From positions 736,610-800,609 of the forward strand of contig CBDEFI010000006.1 of the NCBI GenBank assembly GCA_965237375.1: a DNA stretch of 64,000 nucleotides, read 5' to 3'. Source of the DNA: Acidimicrobiales bacterium. GTDB taxonomy: Bacteria; Actinomycetota; Acidimicrobiia; Acidimicrobiales; CATQHL01. The notes beneath the pieces are model-generated. The model saw nothing but the letters and a program-made list of their open reading frames with translations, was not told the origin of the DNA and searched no databases. Numbering within the stretch: position 1 is the first letter of the stretch; the number at the start of each line of letters is the position of its first letter. The translations under genes and the position numbers were made by a program. Of this stretch, positions 29,146 through 37,632 are shown one piece after another.

Positions 29146-29280
29146 CCACGACGCCCGGCCTCCTCACCGCGGAGGCGGAAGCCGGCCATCGAATCCACCA
29201 CCACCGTCACCCAGTTCCACCGCCACTTCCATCGTCGAGTGGGGGGTGCAGCACCGTCCTCAGATCGTCCGGCGGGCCGC

Positions 29281-29742
29281 TTATTGGTAGCGGGGAGAGG
29301 GGCTGCCAATCGGATTCTGGCCGGCGTCGGGGTTGGCGGTGAGCACCTCGCACTCCATGCGGTCGGGGTCGCGGAAGAAGAGGCTGAGCTTGCGGCCGAA
29401 GTCTGTGACGATGCCGTCAGTGGCACCCGCGGCCATGAGCCGGGTCCTGATCCGGTCGAAGTCGTCGAGGCTGGCGGCGTGGAGGCCGATGTGGTCGAGG
29501 CGACCGCGGCCAAACATCGGTGTCTGGTGGTCGGCTTGGGCGTTGCCCACGACCTCGAAGACGTTCAGTTCGGTGGCAGGGCCGATGTTGATCACGGTCA
29601 TGCGGGGGCCGCCCGGATACTCCTCGCCGTCGCTCTCCACGACGGCGCCGAACATGTCAATGTAGAAACGCTGGAGCTGGTCGGAGTCGTTGGTGATGAC
29701 GGCCACGTGGTCGAGGCCTTGAGTGAGCATGGCGGTGGTCAT
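29281..29742 (-). CDS. VOC/glyoxalase family protein
   Basis: GLDHVAV, RLDHIGL, FFRDPDRMECE. Confidence 0.85.
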   Translation of the reverse strand: MTTAMLTQGLDHVAVITNDSDQLQRFYIDMFGAVVESDGEEYPGGPRMTVINIGPATELNVFEVVGNAQADHQTPMFGRGRLDHIGLHAASLDDFDRIRTRLMAAGATDGIVTDFGRKLSLFFRDPDRMECEVLTANPDAGQNPIGSPSPRYQ

Positions 29743-30036
29743 TTCGGGTTCTCCCGGTCGGCGTGTTCTTCGATCGGGACGATAACGCTGGATGGCCCGA
29801 ACGGCGCGGCCCGGGCCGCCGCTATCCCGGCAGCACGGCTACAGGTCGAAGGCACCGGGACCAGGGCGACGGTGGCGTCGCGCTCGCCCGGCCATCACAG
29901 GTCGAGACTCGATCAGTAGCGTAACGATGCGAGGATTAGTAGTGTAATAATACGAGTATTAGTAGTGTATACAGCCGTGGATCGGTAGGGTGGCTATAGA
30001 GCGACGAGAGCGGACAACGGGCAGGAGTGCGAGCCG

Positions 30037-31326
30037 ATGGCCAACTCCGAGGAGCGTGAGTACCGCCGACGCGTGGTGGACGAGGAGTTGGACGTGCTCC
30101 TGGGCGCGCTGCCCGCCATCAGCATCGAGGGTCCCCGGGCGGTCGGTAAGACGTGGACCGCTCGGCGCCGCGCCCGCACCGTCCACAATCTGGACGACCC
30201 CGAGACGCTCGCACTCGTCAGGGCCGACCCTGCTCGCCTGGTCCGGGGCAACGAGCCGATCCTCATCGACGAATGGCAGCGCTACCCGCCGTCGTGGGAT
30301 CTGGTGCGCCGAGCAGTGGACGACGGCTCGGGAGCGGGTCGGTTCCTGCTCACCGGCTCGACCGCACCGGACGTTCCCCCCACCCACTCCGGCGCCGGGC
30401 GGATCGTCACGCTGCGCATGAGACCGATGAGCCTCTACGAGCGAGGGCCGCAGGAACCGACCGTGAGCCTGCGGCGCCTGCTGGACGGCGACCGGCCCCG
30501 CATCGACGGGCAGACCGACATGACCCTCGATGGTTACGTCGAGGAGGTCGTCACCGGGGGTTTCCCGGGATGGCGCTCGACGGACGCGAGGGTCCAACAG
30601 GCGGTGCTGGACGGCTACCTGCATCGGGCCGTCGACCACGACGTGGCTCTCATGGGCTACCGGGCCAGGCGCCCCGGCGTGGTGCGACGCTGGCTGACCG
30701 CCTACGCCGCAGCCACAGCAGGCACCGCGAGCTACGAGACCATCAGGGACGCAGCCACAGGGGGCGAGGGGAACAAGCCGGCCAAGACCACGACCACCAC
30801 GTACCGCGACCTGCTGGAGGCCATGTGGCTGGTCGAACCGGTTCCGGCATGGTGGCCAACCGGGAACCCACTCAGCCGACTCAAGCGCGGACCCAAGCAC
30901 CACCTCGCCGACCCTGCCCTGGCCTGCCGCCTTCTGGACACCGGTGCCGACGAACTCCTCACCGGACACCCCGCCGCCGCCATGAACCTGCCCCGACCCG
31001 GGCCGCTGCTGGGGGCACTGTTCGAGTCCCTGGTCACACTGGACGTGCGGGTCTATGCGCAGGCGGCGGCGGCCCGCGTCGGCCACCTGCGCACCTGGAA
31101 CGACGACCGGGAAGTGGATCTGATCATCCAGAAGGGCAGGCGGCTGCTGGCCATCGAAGTGAAGTTGACCACGACGCCCGACCGCCACGACACCCGTCAC
31201 CTCCGCTGGCTGGCCGACCGGATGGGCACTGACCTCGCAGATGCAGTGGTCATCACCACCGGCCGCCACGCCTACCGCGACAGGGACGGGATCGCGGTCG
31301 TACCCGCCGCGCTGCTCGGCCCCTGA
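30037..31326 (+). CDS. AAA_14 ATPase with DUF4143-like domain (second, divergent copy)
   Basis: GPRAVGKT, IDEWQ, FLLTGS, HSGAGR, PKHHLADP, LFES, EVDL...IEVKL; AGGAG RBS. Confidence 0.88.
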   Translation: MANSEEREYRRRVVDEELDVLLGALPAISIEGPRAVGKTWTARRRARTVHNLDDPETLALVRADPARLVRGNEPILIDEWQRYPPSWDLVRRAVDDGSGAGRFLLTGSTAPDVPPTHSGAGRIVTLRMRPMSLYERGPQEPTVSLRRLLDGDRPRIDGQTDMTLDGYVEEVVTGGFPGWRSTDARVQQAVLDGYLHRAVDHDVALMGYRARRPGVVRRWLTAYAAATAGTASYETIRDAATGGEGNKPAKTTTTTYRDLLEAMWLVEPVPAWWPTGNPLSRLKRGPKHHLADPALACRLLDTGADELLTGHPAAAMNLPRPGPLLGALFESLVTLDVRVYAQAAAARVGHLRTWNDDREVDLIIQKGRRLLAIEVKLTTTPDRHDTRHLRWLADRMGTDLADAVVITTGRHAYRDRDGIAVVPAALLGP

Positions 31327-31405
31327 GCAAACGCCCGACGTCCGGGCGCCACCCACTCCCCAGCGGGATCCGACGAACGCACCGTCCGTCAGCGCCGTGG
31401 AACCT

Positions 31406-32722
31406 TCAGTAGCGTTCTCTGCGGGGGCGGGCGTTGTACTGGTCGATCCAGGCTTGGACCGCCGCCCGGTTGGACGGGTCGGAGGGGTCTATCCCGTCGG
31501 CGAGCATGTCCGTGAAGACGTTTGTCGTGACGCTCCGCATGCTCGGATCGGCGGCGTTGCGGCGCATCGCGTCGAACGAGCCGCTGGCCGCGGACAGGTT
31601 CTCCTCGAGCAACTCTGCGTCGAGGCCTCGCTGTTCGGCACCGTATGCGAGCCAGGTCGGGAACACCGCCTCGATCTCAGCGAACAACGCGTCGTCGGTG
31701 ATCACGTTCCTGGGAATCCAGCCGGCCAGGAACGCCGCGGCCTTCCTGGGGCTCCACCGCAGCGGGTCCGCGTCGTAGCACGACGCGCAGTAGTCGCAGA
31801 TCATCCCCACCGCGCTCAACACGGCGTCCCGATCCTGCTCGTGGGGTCGCACCACGAACGCGGCGACGATCCCGGCAACCTTCTTCTTGGTCGTCCGGCG
31901 GGGAATCGCCGCTGAGCCGCCGCGGGGAAGCAGGCCGATCCGCTGATCCACCAGGGCGCGCAGATCGTCGTCGAACGCGTCACGGTCGACACAGCCGTCA
32001 TCATCCTCGTCGTCGAGTCGCACGGTGGCGTCGCTCTCCCGCAGGCCGGCCTCGATCCTCGCCCGAGCGTCGGCCAAGGTGATGTCCGTCACGATGCCCT
32101 GCGGTTCATCGGCGAATGCTCGGACAATCCTCTCCGCGGCGGGGCCGTGGATGAACCCGTGCGCCACGCCATCCCAGAGCCGGTCGATCTCCACACCCAT
32201 CCCCCGCACCGCTCCGTCGGGGCGAACGAAATCGATCCACACCAACTCCTCGTCATCCCACGCGTCGGACAGCCGCACCGCCCTCACCGGCGTCACCTCA
32301 CCGAGAGACTCCACCCACCCCGGCACCACCGCGCCACCGTCGATCAGCCGCCGATACAGGCGCCGGGCCGGCTGACGATCCGACGACGGGCCGTAAACCG
32401 CTATCGCAGCCGCCAAAACGGCACCCGCCGCACCACCATGATCGGCCGCCGCGTCCAGCACCTCCGACACGCCCACAGACGGGCCGGGCGCCAGACCTAT
32501 ACGACGGAACACGCTCTGGATCGCCGACGCCCACTCGTCGGCCTCCTCGATGTCCGTGCACGTCGACGCCATGTACGCCGCATCACGCAACAGCAACTCC
32601 TCCTGCGAAAGCACCGCCGCCGGCGCCCGGCGCGGACCACCCGACCGATGGACCAGACGATCCCCCGGACGGGTGCCCTTCGGCGTAACACGACCGCCCT
32701 TACGATGATCCCGCCGCGCCAC
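31406..32722 (-). CDS. Uncharacterised actinobacterial protein, paralogue A
   Basis: 438-aa ORF collinear along its whole length with 34438-35760 (DLRALVDQRIGLLP, LRWSP, MLADGIDPSDPSNRAAVQAWIDQYNARPRRERY). Confidence 0.8.
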   Translation of the reverse strand: MARRDHRKGGRVTPKGTRPGDRLVHRSGGPRRAPAAVLSQEELLLRDAAYMASTCTDIEEADEWASAIQSVFRRIGLAPGPSVGVSEVLDAAADHGGAAGAVLAAAIAVYGPSSDRQPARRLYRRLIDGGAVVPGWVESLGEVTPVRAVRLSDAWDDEELVWIDFVRPDGAVRGMGVEIDRLWDGVAHGFIHGPAAERIVRAFADEPQGIVTDITLADARARIEAGLRESDATVRLDDEDDDGCVDRDAFDDDLRALVDQRIGLLPRGGSAAIPRRTTKKKVAGIVAAFVVRPHEQDRDAVLSAVGMICDYCASCYDADPLRWSPRKAAAFLAGWIPRNVITDDALFAEIEAVFPTWLAYGAEQRGLDAELLEENLSAASGSFDAMRRNAADPSMRSVTTNVFTDMLADGIDPSDPSNRAAVQAWIDQYNARPRRERY

Positions 32723-32826
32723 TACCCCACCGTTCCCACAGGGCGGACACTACCGACACCCCGAGCAGCGATGCCGCTCGTCCACGGCGTCGCTCCGGCA
32801 AATCCGCCTGCGGTAACCTGACATCC

Positions 32827-33885
32827 ATGGTCGCGACGATGCCCACGTCAGCGCCCAGCCTCGACGACGCCCGCCGCGCCGCCGACGCTGTCACCGTTGA
32901 GGGCGTGTGCCGGGTGCTGCTGTTCGGATCGCTGGCACGCGGCGAGCAGACCCCGGACAGTGACATCGATCTGGTCGTCATTCTCGACGACCTCGACTAT
33001 CGGACCCGTCACCGCCGCAAGGTGAAGTTCGAAACGTTGGCCGCGGGTGCCGCCGGGTGGCCGGTGGACGTACGCGTGACCGACCTGCCGGAGTGGAGTC
33101 TCCGTAGCGAGGCGGTCACCACGTCCTTCGAGAGCGACGTGGCCGCAGAGGCCGTCGTTCTGCGGTCCAACGAGCCGCGTCGCGTGAACTGGGCAAAGGA
33201 GATCGGCTTGCCGACCACGAACGAGGCGGAGGCCGTCGCCTCCCTGAACCACGCCCAGATGGCGTTGCGTCTCGTGGAGGGTTTCATCGACCCCCAACGA
33301 GCGGAGCACGCCGCGCTGGAGGACGCCGATCCGGACAGCTACCGCAGTTTGCTTTCCGGTCGGCTGGCGAGCCTGTGCGGCCAATCGCAGGCAGCGCTGG
33401 AGAACTCCCTGAAGGCACTGGTGCACCTCCGCGGCCTGGAGTCCCCCGGCCGGATCCACAAGTTGGAGCAGTTGCTGCCGAAGCTGTCCGCCGACATGCG
33501 CAAGGACGTGGACACGCTCCTTGCCGACATCGCGCTGGAGGACGCCTCGCTTTGGCGGCCCCGCGACACCTGTCCGGCGGACTTCCCGGAGATCCCGCTT
33601 GCCGAACACGCCCCCCTCGCCTTCCGTATGCTCACCGCCGCCGCGGCCCTGACCGGCTACACCGCAGACCGCATCGCCCCCGCCGCAGCGGACGGTGCAC
33701 CCGAACCGGCGCCTCCATCAGGGACCGCGGCCCGTCCAGCGGCCACCGAGCGCACCGCCAACCTGGCCCGCCAAGCCGCCACCGGCGTCGCACTGGCGCT
33801 CACCGGATGGGACATCGACGCGAACAACCCCACGGCCATCATGGGGTGCCCACCGCTACCGGAACCTCCCGACGCAGCTCATTAG
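32827..33885 (+). CDS. Minimal nucleotidyltransferase fused to a HEPN-like domain (copy 2)
   Basis: FGSLARGE...SDIDL; shares VTDxPEW, SFE and VNWxKE with copy 1; QAALENSLKAL...IHKL; ATG 7 nt after TAACCT. Confidence 0.78.
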   Translation: MVATMPTSAPSLDDARRAADAVTVEGVCRVLLFGSLARGEQTPDSDIDLVVILDDLDYRTRHRRKVKFETLAAGAAGWPVDVRVTDLPEWSLRSEAVTTSFESDVAAEAVVLRSNEPRRVNWAKEIGLPTTNEAEAVASLNHAQMALRLVEGFIDPQRAEHAALEDADPDSYRSLLSGRLASLCGQSQAALENSLKALVHLRGLESPGRIHKLEQLLPKLSADMRKDVDTLLADIALEDASLWRPRDTCPADFPEIPLAEHAPLAFRMLTAAAALTGYTADRIAPAAADGAPEPAPPSGTAARPAATERTANLARQAATGVALALTGWDIDANNPTAIMGCPPLPEPPDAAH

Positions 33886-33971
33886 TCCCCCGCCGGCGGG
33901 CGGATCAAGCGCCACTCATCATGGGTTCCTCTCCTGATACCGTGTTGAGAGTGAGAGGAGGGCGGATCCTC

Positions 33972-34354
33972 GTGGAGCACGAGATCGACTATCTGATTGG
34001 CGTCCCCAAGCCGATTCATGACGCGAACTGGCGTGCCGAACTGCTTGATCCTGCTTCTGCCCCCGCGCCAAATAGTCCGACCACTGACCTCAGAGGCAGG
34101 TTCGACTTGGAGGATCTTCCTTCCCAAGCCCCGACAGGACGGCGCTGTCCACTCTGACAATGAGAAGGGTTCGACGTTTCGACCGAGATGCGTGCTTCAT
34201 TCTGACAGTTCGTCCCGAACGAGTCGGGGAGGCGGCCATTGCTCGGTTCGAGGACGAGAAGGAGAGCAGAGACACGGTCGCCCGGGTAACTCCGAGTGAC
34301 CCTGAGCCTCTCCATCACGAACTGCGCGAGCGAGGCATCCCTATCACCGCATAG
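33972..34354 (+). pseudogene. Two short lower-GC ORF remnants of unknown function
   Basis: GTG with GAGGAGG RBS (EHEIDYLIGVPK...) ending at 34157, then a 64-aa ORF at 34160-34354; look like truncated genes. Confidence 0.35.
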
Positions 34355-34437
34355 CGACGGCCCAGGCGTATTCGGCGAAACCGCGGCCGGTGGGCATATT
34401 CCCGCGGAAGGGGCCGTCCGTCGGCGCAGTGGGACTG

Positions 34438-35760
34438 TCAGTAGCGTTCCCGGCGAGGGCGGGCGTTGTACTGGTCGATCCAGGCCTGGACCGCCGCCCG
34501 GTTGGACGGATCGGACGGGTCTATCCCGTCGGCGAGCATGTCCGTGACGATGTTCGTCGTGGGACTCCGCCTGCTCGGGTCCGCGACGTTGCGCCGCATG
34601 TCCACGAACGACTCGCGGGCCACGGACAGGTTCACCGCGAGCAGGTCCGCGTCGAGGCCCCAGCGCTCGGCGGCGTACTCGAGCCAACCCGGGAAGACGG
34701 CTTCGATCGCGTCGTGGAACTCGTCGTCGGTGATCACCTTCCACGGGATCCAGCCCGTCAGGAACCCGCCGATCTTCAGGGGGCTCCACCGCAGAAGATC
34801 CCCGTCGTAGCACGAGGAGTTGAACGAGCAGATCTTGTCCACCACGTCCACCACGTCCTGGCGATCGTGGCCGTGGGGCCGCGCCGCGAACTCCCGCACG
34901 ACCCGGGCGACGTCCCTCTTCGTGAGCCGGCGGGGGCGGGCCGCGTCGCCTCCTGCGGGAAGCAGACCGATCCGCTGGTCCACCAGGGCACGCAGGTCCT
35001 CGTCGAACCGGTAGCGATCGTCGCCAGCGCCAGCGCCAGCGTCAGCGTCGTCGAAGGAGACGGTGGCGTCGCGGTTCTTCAGACCGGCGGCGATCATCGC
35101 TCTAGCGTCGGCGAGGCCGATCCGCCGCACAACGGCGTCCGGGTCATCGCCGGATGCATCGAGGATCGCATCGATGGTGAGGCCGTTCACGAACCCTCGC
35201 GCCGTCCCGCCCCAAAGGCGGTCGATCTCGACGCCCAAGCCGCGCACCGTCCCGTCGGGGCGGGTGAAGTCGATCCACACCAGGTGTTCGTCCTCCCACA
35301 CGTCGGTGAACAACATCGCCCTCTGCGGCGTCACGTCACCCAACGCGCCCACCCACTCCGGCACCACGGCGCCGCCGGCGACCAGCCGCCGATGCAGGTT
35401 GCGCGCCCGCTGCCGGCCCGACGGCGGGCCGTAGACCGCCAGCGCAGCCGCCAGCACCGCACCCGCCGCGCCGCCGCGATCGTCCGCCGCGGCCAGCACC
35501 TCCGTCACTCCCGCAGTCGGGCCGGGCGCCGGACCGATACGACGGAACACACTCTGGATCGCCGACGCCCATTGGTCGGACTTGTCGATGTCCGTGTACG
35601 TCGACGCGACCTGCGCGGCATCACGTAGCAGCAGTTCCTCCTGCGTGGGCATTGGCGCCGGCGCCCTGCGCCGGGCGCGGGGCCGATTGTCCCGTCGATC
35701 CTCCGGACGCGTGCCCTTCGGCGTGACGCGACCGCCCTTACGGTGATCCGGGCGCGCCAC
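34438..35760 (-). CDS. Uncharacterised actinobacterial protein, paralogue B
   Basis: 440-aa ORF collinear with 31406-32722. Confidence 0.8.
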   Translation of the reverse strand: MARPDHRKGGRVTPKGTRPEDRRDNRPRARRRAPAPMPTQEELLLRDAAQVASTYTDIDKSDQWASAIQSVFRRIGPAPGPTAGVTEVLAAADDRGGAAGAVLAAALAVYGPPSGRQRARNLHRRLVAGGAVVPEWVGALGDVTPQRAMLFTDVWEDEHLVWIDFTRPDGTVRGLGVEIDRLWGGTARGFVNGLTIDAILDASGDDPDAVVRRIGLADARAMIAAGLKNRDATVSFDDADAGAGAGDDRYRFDEDLRALVDQRIGLLPAGGDAARPRRLTKRDVARVVREFAARPHGHDRQDVVDVVDKICSFNSSCYDGDLLRWSPLKIGGFLTGWIPWKVITDDEFHDAIEAVFPGWLEYAAERWGLDADLLAVNLSVARESFVDMRRNVADPSRRSPTTNIVTDMLADGIDPSDPSNRAAVQAWIDQYNARPRRERY

Positions 35761-35881
35761 TATCTCACTGATCCCATAGACCGGAGACTACCGACACCCG
35801 GTGCGGCAGCCTCGTGGTCGTTGTCGTCATGCGACGGCTGCGGAGGCTTGTGGTAGGTATGGCGGTGGTACCATATGTGGC

Positions 35882-36088
35882 ATGAACAAGACGACTGTGT
35901 ATCTCCCGGAAACGCTCAAGCGGGGAGTCGAGCGGCTGGCCCGGCAACGGGCGTGCTCCGAGGCCGAGGTGATCCGCCAAGTCATTCGGGATGCGATATC
36001 GCGCCCTGAGCCCCGGCCTGGGATCATTAGTGGCGACAGCAGCTGGGCCGAACGGGTGGACGACTACATGGTCGGCTTCGGTGAGTGA
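35882..36088 (+). CDS. vapB: CopG/ribbon-helix-helix antitoxin (VapB-type)
   Basis: MNKTTVYLPETLKR...SEAEVIR...GFGE; ATG 7 nt after TACCAT. Confidence 0.85.
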   Translation: MNKTTVYLPETLKRGVERLARQRACSEAEVIRQVIRDAISRPEPRPGIISGDSSWAERVDDYMVGFGE

Positions 36089-36498
36089 TGCTCATCGCTG
36101 ACACGAGCGGCCTGATCGCCTTCTTCAGCGAGTCCGGCCCGCAACACGATGCGGTGGTGGCGTGGGTGGAGGCGAACGACTCCGTCATGGTGGTCTCCCC
36201 CTATGTCATGGCCGAGGTGGACTACCTCGTGGCCACCCGCAAGGGCGTGGACGCCGAATTGGCCGTGCTGGAGGAACTGTCCGCAGGCGCCTACGAACTG
36301 GCGACCATGGGCACCGAGGACGTGGTGGCGGCTAGGCGCGTGGTGGAGCGCTACCGCGATCTCGGCATCGGGCTGGCAGACGCCTCGCTGGCGGTGCTGG
36401 CCCAGCGCTACCGGACGCGCACCGTCCTGACCCTCGACCGCAGGCACTTCAACGTGATGCGCCCGCTCGACGGCGGCGTGTTCACGATCGTCCCCTGA
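36085..36498 (+). CDS. vapC: VapC PIN-domain toxin
   Basis: IADTSGL, SPYVMAEVDY, GLADAS, TLDRRHF; overlaps the antitoxin stop. Confidence 0.9.
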   Translation: MMLIADTSGLIAFFSESGPQHDAVVAWVEANDSVMVVSPYVMAEVDYLVATRKGVDAELAVLEELSAGAYELATMGTEDVVAARRVVERYRDLGIGLADASLAVLAQRYRTRTVLTLDRRHFNVMRPLDGGVFTIVP

Positions 36499-36712
36499 CC
36501 GCGTAGCGACCTTGCGGTGGGGGAGGTCGAGGACTCTTGGCCACCGGCATCCAGCAAGCGGCCCGCGACCGGCAGAGGTTCGCGCCTGTCGATTCTCCGA
36601 CGAGCAGCACGCCTCTGGCTTCGTTGGGGCGTCGGGCTCGCTGACTCATCGGAGTGAGCGCACCGCCACCGGCTATCTTCGGATGCGCCAAGGTGACGAC
36701 GGAGGTTGAACT

Positions 36713-37558
36713 GTGCAGACTCGCGAGCCCACCATCCGGGAAATGCCGCCGCCCCCGCACATCGTGGGGTTGCAGCACTTCACCAGGTTCGCCGAGATCG
36801 ATGAGATCCTGCGGTCGCGGAGCTTCCGTCAGGGGTCACATCAAGAGAGTCAGGCGTTCTTCGGGCGCAGCCTGCTGACCATCGACGGCGACGAGCACTT
36901 CGAGCGTCGGCGGCTCGAAGCTCCCTTGTTCGCGAAGGCCGCGCTCGACTACTACGAGCACACCGAGCTGATCCCGCTCATCGGTAAGACGCTGGAGGAG
37001 TGCCGCGCCAACCGGGGCGCCGACGGCGTGGTGCGAGCCGACCTCTGCGTGGTATTGCGCACGATGCTGGCCCGCATTGCCGCGGCCACCACCGGGATCG
37101 ACGGCGTGGACACCGCCGAGCGCACCAGCGCGTTCCGAGAGTACGTCGAGCTTCTCGGAACAGGGGCCACCGTCGAGTGGTCCACCGAGGATCATGACGA
37201 GGTCATCAACCGCATCCTCGAAGTCCGAGACGCATTCGACCGCGACTTCTTCGCCCCGTCGGTGGCCCGGCGCCGCGCGCTCATCGAGCGTCACCGCCAG
37301 GGCGAGATCGGCGATGACGAACTGCCCGTCGATCTGATCACCATGCTCTACGGGCATTGGAACGACGACTGGGATGACGGTCTGCCCATCCGGGAGGCCT
37401 GTCTCTTCCTGGTGGCGGCCACCCAGACCACCACCCACGCGGTTCCCCACCTGATCGCGCACCTCGACGAGTGGTTCGACAGCCACCCACCCGAGTCTGA
37501 GCACGCCGCGGTCGATGAAGCCGCCACGCTCTGCCCCAGCCGCGCCATTCGCTACTGA
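36713..37558 (+). pseudogene. Truncated cytochrome P450 joined to a ferredoxin-like C-terminus
   Basis: LLTIDGDEHFERRR, DLITML and I-helix LVAATQTTT; no ExxR or heme Cys motif; ends AVDEAATLCPSRAI. Confidence 0.7.
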
Positions 37559-37632
37559 CCACCCCACAGCCCCCGGCGATGCGGGTCGTCAACGTCTCTG
37601 GGTCTCGAGCTTCCCGACCCCTGCCGGCGCTG

